The notes under the pieces were generated by a model, which saw only the letters and a program-made list of their open reading frames with translations, made no database searches and was not told the DNA's origin. From Lingula anatina (Eukaryota > Animalia > Brachiopoda): 64,000 bases of DNA. The stretch's first letter is position 1; each line of letters starts with the position of its first letter. The DNA lies in the NCBI GenBank assembly GCA_051362555.1, contig CM120648.1:10350587-10414586 (forward strand). The letters are read 5' to 3'. Of this stretch, positions 53,981 to 64,000 are shown piece after piece. The position numbers and the translations under genes are program-made.

Positions 53981-54639
53981 AACTACAATGAGTAGACTGG
54001 ACCTCATATCTAAGACTGGGAATGTAATCTACATGGAACTTGAACAAATCCTTAAATTGTGTTTATGCAATCTGGATAGAAAATGGAACCCAGACTTTTC
54101 TCCCTTACCTTTTTTTTCATATTTCGTTATTTATCAACGTAAATGAATTGTTAGACGATTTAAAAACGTGCTCATTCAATATTTATGTTTAAAAGGATGA
54201 TACATGCATACGTAGCGTAATCCAGTGGTTTAGCAAAAATATTGCGTTAGATGAGACTGATGTAAGAATTCCTCTAAAAAGCATTGGACACTGCAGTGCA
54301 ATATTGAAATTTTGGTGCAACTGACGTCGTCCCGTGGGGTAGTGCAATATGGTGTGCAGCAAATCCGTAACGATATGTAACTTACGCTATTTGTCTCTCT
54401 TAAAGATTTTATACTTTAAGGTCTTGCCGATTTATTTTGTCGTGTAGAAAGTTTGAGTATTCTGTAGTATTTTTTATCGTGTATCCATCATCATTTTATT
54501 GTGGCCCTTACTACAAATGACCTATAAATTAATGATTCAAGACAACTTATATTCTGTCATATAGGATACATTTACTTTTTGCCTGGCATCACATTTAGGG
54601 ACCAGGGCTCACCAGGCCTCATTCCAATTGAAGCGTAGA

Positions 54640-55108
54640 CAGGGCCGTAGCCTCCGGGAGGGGGGGGGGGGGCAGGGGGGGGGGCAGCTTCCCCCCCTGG
54701 AAATTGGGGTGCAAAAAAAAAAAAATCGAAAAGGTAAAAAAAATAATTGCAAAGTTGGTATCAATTCTGTGAGAAAAGGCACTCATGGCCACTAGACAAT
54801 CATTCAACAATCTGTTTACAAAGGTGTACTGTTTTAGCCAACTCAGTTCATGCCAAAAAGCTCACCCTCCCTGAGGGAGCTATCCCCCAGGCCAATTGGA
54901 GTGTTGTGTTGAAAATTGACTGTACTTATGGCAAAATGAACCCACAATTTCTGACTTCTGATTGACCAATAAATAACAGTTAAAATGCACCAGAGTGCAG
55001 TATTATACATGGTTTCTAAAAAATTTCCACACCCTCCCCCCTCGGGGGCTTCGCCCGCTCGTGTCCGCTTACTGCCCCCCCTGGCATTTTGCTCAGGCTA
55101 CGGCCCTG
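54640..55108. mobile_element. Non-autonomous TIR element with 5-bp TSD
   Basis: TIR CAGGGCCGTAGCCT / AGGCTACGGCCCTG. TSD GTAGA at 54635-54639 and 55109-55113. A paralogous empty site with a single GTAGA lies at ~62099-62103. Confidence 0.9.
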
Positions 55109-55744
55109 GTAGATCGGTCTACGTAGAACGACCCAACACTCGCTGAATGCAATTAGATTGACAGATCAACACCTCTTCTCTTGTTTGCAACGTACCCGTA
55201 ATCACCAGCATAACTAATCAGCATAACTAATCACCAGCATAACTAATGTGGACCCCTTTGCAATAGAATATAACGGAGGGGCTGGGGACGCGAGTTTGGG
55301 TCGAAAGTCATAATACCTTTTCATTATTAGAAGGAAACTCTCGATGTAAATTCAATAATCTATCTTTATTAAGTCTTTCTTTACACTCATAAAACTTGAT
55401 AATATCAATAACATTACAAAAAGTAACCCGCACTTTGAATTTGGGCTCGTCGCTGAAAAATCACATACAGGTGTATCTTACAATATGAGACTAACAAAAA
55501 GTAAAAAACAAAATTACGGAAAACAAATCTTTAGCAAATCTGATTTCAAATGACGCTAAATTAATAAAATCGCAAGTGAAAAAAGGAAAGAAATTCGTAA
55601 GTAGCTTGCATCATTTGACCTAAGACTTTGGTCTATCAGCTCTTCCATTTCCACACATGAACCATTCAGTGACGTCATCAGCGCTGTGACGTGAACATGA
55701 AGTCAGTCAAGCAAAAGTATCCCAAATGACATCATGTGTCCAGC

Positions 55745-57652
55745 TTATGGCACTTGGGAATCTTCAGTGGTCTCATCTCCAGGAGACTGTGTGACGTCAG
55801 GGGCCTCTGTGGTTGGCTCTGGACATTCAGCTGGTCTCAGTTCTGGTGTGGCACATTTGGCTTGCAGAAACTCGCAACTGGAATATGTTTACGGTATATA
55901 AGTAAAGGTATTCAATACGTCTGATCTTTCTATGGCAAAACAAGCGGAATTTACTGGACATATCAGCGATTTTTTCTTTTATCACCGTAGCCGTATTGTT
56001 CAGAGGGTCGCGATTTTTTAGCCTATATTCAAGCTTCACATTTTTAAACTTCTGCTTGTACTGTCTAGATAGTTCACCAATTCATATTCCCACTAGCTTA
56101 AATAAAGTTACTTTAAATGTGCAATTTTAAGTAACTTTAAGTAATTATTATTATTATTATTATTATTATTGATTTAAGGGGTTGGGTGCAAACTGGTTGA
56201 TTTTCTGTATGTGGCATTCCCTCCAAAAATGATTACAGAATAAGTGACTGCAAATACTTACATATTATTATAGACACCTCCCACGTTGTCACAAATCTTC
56301 CTGGGGGGAAGAGCAGGGTCGGAGCAGTCGGCATTCTTGATCAGCACACACAATTCCCTCTTGTTAGGGAAAAGCGGTCCAAGGTCTGGGCGTTCATCTT
56401 CATCTTCATCCTCATCTTCGTCTTCATCTACCGGAGTTCCATCAGCGTTGCAATGGAAAGGCTTTTCTGCAGACTCCGAAAGAGGGCAGTTCTTCTCAAG
56501 ATAGGCACAACTAAACAGAGAAATCAATTATTTATCGTTTAGTCATTACATATTAAATTTGTTAAAATTTCCTGCCATGTTAGGTTTTTTTTTCTACATA
56601 AGAACTGATTATACGGGTGAGGAAAGCAGATGCTTATAGAATTAGTTGGAACTGCCATAAATACAGGAAGATGGCATTATTTTGACTTTAAGAATCTTCT
56701 GGACCTAACAACGGTCAGTTATGATAAAACGTGTATTCTGGATTTTTCACAAAACCTTTACAGTGGTTAAAACTCAGTTTTTTAAAGTATTCCGTGAACT
56801 TAAGAAGTATATTAGTAGAAACATATGGTGAATATAATTGAACCTACTAGTTTCTATACTGTTCTCCATCCTCGTCACAAAGCAGTTTCCCTTTGAGCGC
56901 GCTACAATCTACTTCACCGACATTATCACAGTTGAGTCTAGGGAATCTTCCCAATCCTTGTCCAAACCCACCGGGTCTGAAGTTTGGCTTTGCGGCAACA
57001 AGTGCAATAACTGGAATAATAGCCATAAGCGTTAAATATTGGAATGGACAAATCTAGATACTTTATGGAATAAGAAATTTAAGAAGGTTACATGCCTTAA
57101 CGTCCCCGCACCGATACATCCCCGCACCGATACTCCCCCACAGTTACAGATATACTGAGGGGGAGTATCGGTGCGGGGAAGTATCGGTGCGGGGATCTAT
57201 CGTTGTGGGGTCGTATCGATGCCCATAATACAAAAAAAAAAAAAAAATACTAAGGGGGATTATCGGTGCGGGGGAGTATAAACATGACCCCTTTATAGTT
57301 ACATTTAAACGTATTTTATGCTACTAATCACTGTATTTATAAGGGACTGAAACGTACCAAAAATAACCATTTCAAAATTGCTTATGCTTTTTATGATAAA
57401 GAACCCTGTTAAATTCCTCGTATCTGTCTGCATCTGCATGTTGCCTAAACAAATAAATGTCATTTGCATCTTACTTAAATGCCAGAGATTCGATACAAAT
57501 ACAATGGTAGCTTTCCCATCTGACTAGGATGGATGTTGTTTTTGAACGAACGTTAAACGCCAGAATAAGAGCATGTTACCACAAAGAACTAAATAAAACG
57601 AATTAGAAAAACTCTTACCACTGAAAACGGCTACAATGGTCAGTACTTTCAT
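55745..57652 (-). CDS. Secreted protein with two Kazal-like 6-Cys domains and an acidic (DE)n linker, copy A (192 aa)
   Basis: Exons 57652-57619, 57010-56848, 56510-56262 and 55877-55745 splice in frame (579 nt): MKVLTIVAVFSVIALVAAKPNFRPGGFGQGLGRFPRLNCDNVGEVDCSALKGKLLCDEDGEQYRNYCAYLEKNCPLSESAEKPFHCNADGTPVDEDEDEDEDEDERPDLGPLFPNKRELCVLIKNADCSDPALPPRKICDNVGGVYNNICEFLQAKCATPELRPAECPEPTTEAPDVTQSPGDETTEDSQVP*. The C-x3-G-x2-Y-x-N-x-C pattern matches the Kazal core. TATAAATA at 57755-57762. Confidence 0.85.
57104..57280. repeat. Inverted arrays of a ~16-17-bp unit (CCCCGCACCGATAC) in Kazal-like gene intron 1
   Basis: Two direct CCCCGCACCGATAC units face several GTATCGGTGCGGGG units. Confidence 0.75.
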
Positions 57653-58555
57653 CTTGTCGGTATGGAACTAGCTTAAAAAGATGTTCGATGTTGGTAGTCT
57701 TCTGCGCTTTCCCTCTTCTCTTTCTGTAAGTACTGAATTGAAGTTGGAACCAGCTATTTATACAGAAATTGGAGACATATATTTAAAGTCGCTTCCGGAT
57801 ATTTTCGGAACGAGTACAGATAAAATCAAATTTGCGCCCAAGCCATGAAGGAGTGCTCGTCACGACACAATAGACATGACGTCAGCTAGGGAGATGAAGA
57901 TATTGATTTCATAGCGTGAGAAAAGGGGGTTTTCTGGCATGTAGAGTGGTTCAAATGTCCACGTATTTTGTCCATATTGAATTATATTGTTCACCTCTTG
58001 AAAGCACATGCGGAATGATGAAGATATGTTCATGAAACACTGGTAGAAACAAGATTGCTAAGGATTGTTGCTTTCGGAAGGATCCACGCATGCCCCTTGT
58101 AAATGTATGTAAATGGATCTTATCTGTGGACTATATTTACTGCACTATGGCGATCAAACTTTTGATACCCCCTATAATACGCGAACCGTGACTAAAACAA
58201 TCCGCAACGAGCCGTGAGAGCATAGGGACGTCGAATGATGTGTATGACAGCCTGCGCGTGCGTCTTGAAACAAAACTATGACGGTAGGGTATTGTCATAA
58301 ACTAAATGTAAAAATACAAAATCATATCAATAACAATATGTGTTTTGGACGATGATTTACCCAGGATGGTTTTGTTATGATTTTCGTGTCGGATGAAACG
58401 TGTGGGATCACTGAAGAGAAGCTTTCCTTTAATTCTTCATGTGTTACAATGCTGTATTTAATGAATATTTTATATTTTTAGATAATACAAATGTTGTAAC
58501 AGCTCTTGGTCCGCTGTTGTCGCACTTATAGCATTATTTCAACTATCCAGTAAAC

Positions 58556-58613
<58 letters not shown>

Positions 58614-59518
58614 TAATAAATAGATAAATACAATTAAATTAAATAAAGACCGCAAAAAATAATCAGTTTATCTCTTAAAGCTGAAAATAAAGCTGAAATA
58701 TGGCCAAAATGTCAGGAGTGTAACATTTTTCAGCTGCAAATGATTTCAACCTTATTGATATATTACATTACTTATATATCGTCTTAGCTGCTTGCTAACT
58801 AACGTTGTCCTTGCTGTTCATTGGCAAGAACTTTATTCATTTATTTTTATTTTTAATATTATTATATATTTATTTATTTTTTATTTTTTGCGAAATTGTT
58901 ATCTTTATATAACCGATTCTAAGATAATCTTTTAGAGCACAGAATTTACACTTGCACCAGAATTGGTTATGCCGGGTTGATCAATCACACCCACTTCCCT
59001 CTTTTACCCCTTAGTGATCAAAATGCACTAAATGCACAAAATGCACTAAAAAGACTGGGAGACGACCGTGCAGTGACCCTGTGTTTCTCCGACACAAAAA
59101 TCAGAAAAAATAAACAAATAAATAAAAATTTAAAAAAAATGTGTAAACCAGGGTTCAAATCACAGCTTTTTATATTTAAATTCATTGATTGTCATAGCAC
59201 ATGATAAAAAAAACCGGCTGTCCTTGTTTCAAGACGCGCATGCAGGCTGTCCTAATTACATGTAGATGGCCACTGGCCTTCACGGTTCGTTGCAGATTGT
59301 TTAACAAAGGGGGCATCAAAAGTTTATTCACCTAAGTGCGGTAAATATATTCCTATAGATAAGATCCATATACATATATTAACCTGAATCCAGGCCAAGA
59401 TCATCCTTCTTTCTATAGCAACATTCCCTAGTGATATTGTTTCCGCTATAGCTTTATGAACCTAACTTCATCATTTTGCATGTGCCCCCAAAAAGTGAAA
59501 AACGGAACATAGGCAAAA

Positions 59519-60068
59519 CAGGCCTACCCAAATACCAGAGTCGGCACCTAAGGATCCTGAATTAACCGGTATATCGGACCACGCTACCCGTTTTCAAGGT
59601 GTGTGTCAGTTCTCATTTCGGAGTATCATACCCCAGAACAAATTTTGTAGCACGACAGCGGGCTCATCCACGCTCGGCTGAACAACCTTAAACTGTACTC
59701 TTACTTTAGAGTACTCTATTTTATTGTCTCTATGGAGAAATATGGGGACTTTACGACATTCGGTTTGAATGTTTTAACCACTTTTGATAGGGCTTTTTGC
59801 ATTGTATTAGATAAATGTGGCAGTCTAAGGTTCATCTAGGTGGCTTTCAAAATTATGCACCCGGTTTTAAAATCATATAGCGATTTTACGACAATCGTTT
59901 ACTATCCAATCAAGGTGACAGCGGAGCATGCCAGGGCTCATCCTGTCGGTGTTCTGGCTGATACTCCGAAATGCGATCTGACACACACCTTGAAAATGGG
60001 TAGTGTGGTCCGATATACCGGTTAATTCAGGATCCTTAGGTGCCGAGTCTGGTAGTTGGGTAGGCCTG
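59519..60068. mobile_element. Non-autonomous element with ~110-bp TIRs and 5-bp TSD
   Basis: CAGGCCTACCCAA...GGAGTATCA (59519-59628) is mirrored at ~59959-60068. TSD CAAAA at 59514-59518 and 60069-60073. Confidence 0.88.
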
Positions 60069-60743
60069 CAAAAATGGTAAACATTTGACACTGCACAGCG
60101 TCGAGCTGGGGCTCCCCTCTTCGTCGTTAGTTGTTAGATTGCAATCTCAATATATGTACATGTCTCTCTGACGTCATGCCTCGTGTTTCAGGACTATCAC
60201 TGCTCCACTTCTTGGACGCAAATTTTATCTGAAGTCGTGACCAAAAGGTATCTATGTATCCGTCTGTGTATCTGCACCAAAAGAGAACAGTACAGAAACT
60301 AGTAAGTTAATTATCTTCATCCAAGGTTTCATTTTAGATACTTCTAGAGTAAACGGAATACATGGGAAAAAACTCCAGTTTGTTGCGCAACGTGAAAAAA
60401 AATCTTTTTGTTCCGCAAAGTTTACTGAAACGTATCAACGTAGTTTTGGACAGACAGAAAAGTAAATATACGGTATATACTGGTCGATACTGGATCCAGA
60501 CAACAACTGACATCAAACATGGTTCCCTTGGGTGGGTGGGTTGGGTGGGGGATATCACAGTTTAAGGAAATAAAATCTTCAATTCGCAAATCACAGTAAT
60601 TAAACCTTAATTCATAAATCATTGAAAATGCAGGAAATATGAGTTGAAAAGAAAAGAAAAAAAAGAGAAAAACGGCTTCGTTTCACGAAGGGCTAAGAAT
60701 AGAGAATGAAGAGCCGCATTTACGTGTCATGGGAACGGGGTGC

Positions 60744-60930
60744 TAACCTTTTAGAGACCCACTCAGGCGTCTCCTACTCCTCCCTGGGACAGACACTAAT
60801 GTTACAACAACCTCCTAACAAATATCAGTCAGGTCACAGCCACGTGGACAAAGACCAGGGTCTCACTGAGTCGGACTCCATTGACGACATATATGACAAT
60901 ATTCAGGGCCCCCGAAGAGCCTATTTTACC
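60744..60930 (+). pseudogene. Duplicated fragment of the last coding exon of the SLC7 gene
   Basis: Near-identical to 53578-53763 (NLLETHSGVSYSSLGQTLMLQQPPNKYQSGHSHVDKDQGLTESDSIDDIYDNIQGP). It starts mid-exon, lacks the original splice acceptor and shifts frame at its end. Confidence 0.85.
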
Positions 60931-61229
60931 TACTCAAAGCCAGGAGGACGCTTGTTCATTTCTTAATCTGATTTCATTAAGCGATAGTCCCCACGGTGTC
61001 GGACCGATCTACATAAATCGATTTACGTTTCATTGTGAAGCCCAATTAAGTTACTAAAACTAAAGTTCTTAATTTTAAAACTTCAATGGATGGTTACGTG
61101 CATTGCTTGCAGTTTCATTTATGAGAAATATAGCGTTACCTGAGAAGGCGTTCTGTGCCTTGGGAGGCATGAAAACAGGGAATTCCGGACATGTGAAAAG
61201 CGGAAGATATTAAAAAGCAAAATCATAAA

Positions 61230-61727
61230 TAATGCGGACCCCTTTGCAATAGAACATAACAGATGGGTGCCGCGAGTTTGGGTCTCGCTCGGGCAATTAT
61301 TATTTAATAATTATTTAAAGTCATAATACATTTTCATTATTAGAAGGAAACTCTCGATGTAAATCCAATACATCTACCTTTATTAGGTTTTTATTTACAC
61401 TTATAAAACTTGATAATAGCAATTACAAATAGTAACCCGCACTTTGAATTTGGGTATGTCGCTCAAAGATCACATAAATCATACAATATGAGATTTACAG
61501 GAAAGGGAAAAGGAAAAAAAATCGTAAGTAACTTCCCTCATTTGAAGTAAGACTTTGGTCTATCAGTTCTTCCATTTTCACACATAAAACATTCAGTGAC
61601 GTCATCAGCGCTGTGACATAAACATGAAGTCAGTCAAGCAAATGTATCCCAAATGACGTCATGTGTGTCCAGCTTATGGCACTTGGGAATCTTAAGTGGT
61701 GTTATCTCCGGGAGACTCCAGGAGACG
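61230..61727 (-). pseudogene. Third, truncated copy of the Kazal-like gene 3' end (end of exon 4 plus 3'UTR and flank)
   Basis: Homologous to ~55245-55790 and ~62505-63010 (CAGCTTATGGCACTTGGGAATCTT etc.). Homology stops inside exon 4. Confidence 0.75.
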
Positions 61728-63007
61728 TTAGACGTGACTTGGAAACTCCTCTACAGCAGTGGACACAGCAGTTCAATATTGAAATGTGGGTGCAACTGAC
61801 GTCGTCCCGTGGGGTAGTGCAATATGGTGTGCAGCAAATCCATAACTATATGTAACTCAAGCTATTTGTCACTTTTAAAGATTTTGTACTTAAAGGTCTT
61901 GCCGGTTGATTTTGTCGTGTAGAAAGTATGAGTATTCTATAGATACTTTTTTGTATCAGTCATCACTTTATTCTGCCTCTTACTACAAATGACCCATAAA
62001 TTAACGATTCAAGACAACTTCTATTTTTCCATATAGGATATATTTACTTCTTGTGTGCCATTCCATTTAGGGACCAGAATCAGGGCTCATTCCCAAACGT
62101 AGATCGGTCTATGTAGATCGATCCAATACTCGCTGAATGCAATTAGATTAACAGATTAACACCTCTTATTTTGTTTGAAATTATCACTAGCCTTTTTTAT
62201 TCTGCTCAAAGCCAGAAGGACGCATTCTCATCTCTTAATTTGATACCATTGAACAATAGTCCCCACGGTGTTGGATCGATCAACGTAGACCGATAGTTGC
62301 ATTGGGAATCGGCCCAAAGTAACTGTACTAAAAACAATTTTTGACATTTTACAGCTTTAGTGGATGGTTACGTGCATTTCTTGCAGTTTCACTTATGAGA
62401 ATTATACCGTTACCTGAGAAGGCGTTCTGTGCCTTGGAGGCATGAAAGCAGGGAATTTCGGACAAGCGAAAAGCGAAAGAAATTCAAAAGCAAAACCATA
62501 ACTAAGGTGGACCCCTTTGCCATCGAACATAACAGAGGGACTAGTGACGAAGTATTAGACGCGCAAGGACAATAATTCCTTACAGTTATAAAAAAGTCAT
62601 AAAACATTTTCATTATTAGAAGGAAACTCTCGTTATAAACTCAGTGCATGTATCTTTATTTCGTCTTTTCTTACACATATAAAACTTGATAATATCAATT
62701 ACAATGGGTTATACAATATGAGATTAAAAGAAATTAAATACAAAATTAGGGAAAACAAATATTTAGACAAGCTGATTTCAAATGACATGCTTAATTAATA
62801 AATGCGCAAGTAATAGAAGGAAAATTTCATAAGAAACTTGTATCATATAACGTAAGACTTAGATCTATCAACTCTTCCATTTTTCATAGATCAAACATTT
62901 AGTGACGTTATCAGTGCTGTGACATGAAAATGACTTCATTCAAGCAGATGTATCCCAAATGACGTCATGTTTGTCCAGCTTATGGCACTTGGGAATCTTC
63001 AGTGGTC

Positions 63008-64000
63008 TCATCTCTCTGGGCATTCAGCTGGCCTCAGTTCTGGTGTGGCACATATGGCTTGCAGGAACTCGCAACTGGAACATATGATGGTATATAAGTA
63101 AAGGTATTCAATGCCCGTCAGATTTTTCTATGGAAAAACAAAGTTAATTTTACTGGAAATATCAGCGATTTTTTTTTCTTTTATCACCATACTCATATTG
63201 TTGAGAAATTCAAGGTTTTTTTAGCCTGCTTTCAGGCTCTTCATTTATAAACTTCTGCTTGTAATGTCTAGAATATTCGCCAATCCATATATCCATTAGC
63301 TTAAAGAAAGTGAAAATATGAAAATTTAAGTAATTTTAAGTAAATATTTTTGGGTGAGAACTGGTTAATTTTCTGTATGTGACATTCCCTCCAAAAGTGA
63401 CTATAGAAAAAGTGACTGCAAATACTTACATATTATTATAGACACCTCCCATGTTGTCACAAATCTTCCTGGCGGGAAGAGCAGGGTCGGAGCAGTCGGC
63501 ATTCTTGATTATCACACATAATTCCTCCTTGCTCGGGAAAAACGGTCTGCGATCTGGGCGTTCATCTTCATCTTCATCCTCGTCTTCATCGTCATCTACC
63601 GGCGTTCCATCAGCGTTGCAATGGAAAGGCTTTTCTGCAGACTCCGAAAGAGGGCAGTTCTTCTCAAGATAGGCACAACTAAACAGAGCGAGCAATGATG
63701 TAGTTTAGTTTTAACTAAATTTAACTAAATTAACTAAATTTAACTATTTAACTAAATTTAATGGAGTCATTTTAGATCATTTTTAAATTAAGCTGATAAA
63801 ACTACCATAAAAACAGACAGACGGCGTTATTTTGACTTCAGTAGTCTTCTGGACCTAACAACGTTCAATTATAATAGAACGTGCTTTTTTGGATTTTTCA
63901 CAAAACCCAATACAGTGGTAAAAGCTCAATTATTTTAAGTATTCCGTCAGGTTAAAAAGTATATTAGTAGAAACATATGATGAATATAATTCAACCTACT
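63008..64000 (-). CDS. Kazal-like two-domain protein, copy B (partial, 5' exons beyond the window edge; C-terminal tail truncated)
   Basis: Exon3 63678-63430 is near-identical to 56510-56262. Exon4 starts at 63074 and reads ICEFLQAICATPELRPAECPER* (stop 63008-63010). The exon2 donor lies at the window edge (63994-63999). Confidence 0.8.

Noticed and set aside
55827-56039. 70-aa minus-strand ORF next to the Kazal-like exons
   Set aside because: It is mostly intron 3. The true exon 4 starts at 55877 in another frame, and the ORF is not preserved in copy B.
60706-60966. 86-aa ORF as an independent gene
   Set aside because: It is a mid-exon duplicate of the SLC7 C-terminal exon with a chance upstream ATG.

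Overview
AT-rich, intron-containing animal genomic DNA, probably from an invertebrate; the taxon cannot be fixed from the sequence alone. It has three parts. (1) 2.8-42.1 kb is a tandem array of ten intact paralogous genes (orientation - + - - + - - + + +) for small secreted, Cys-free proteins of 118-158 aa. Each has a 16-aa signal peptide, a length-invariant basic Val/Pro/Thr/Tyr-rich repeat core (VPTVNYRKVHGYRTVK-type 16-mers) and a variable Gly/Tyr tail ending GKY or GKKH. They look like a structural, possibly cross-linkable extracellular-material family that I cannot assign to a named protein. The copies share a TATA+Inr core promoter, a phase-0 intron after codon 39 and, in 9 of 10, an intron 10-11 nt after the stop codon. 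The array also holds an orphan promoter, mosaic copies and a template-switch-like micro-inversion. (2) 49.4-53.8 kb is a 5-exon SLC7 cationic-amino-acid-transporter-like gene (786 aa) with atypical residues at predicted substrate-site positions. (3) 55.7-64 kb holds a 4-exon secreted protein with two Kazal-like domains joined by a (DE)n linker, a second partial copy with a shortened tail, and rearranged duplicated fragments. Its promoter shares a 13-bp word with a promoter of the Gly/Tyr array. Non-autonomous transposons are scattered throughout, six of them with 5-bp target-site duplications.
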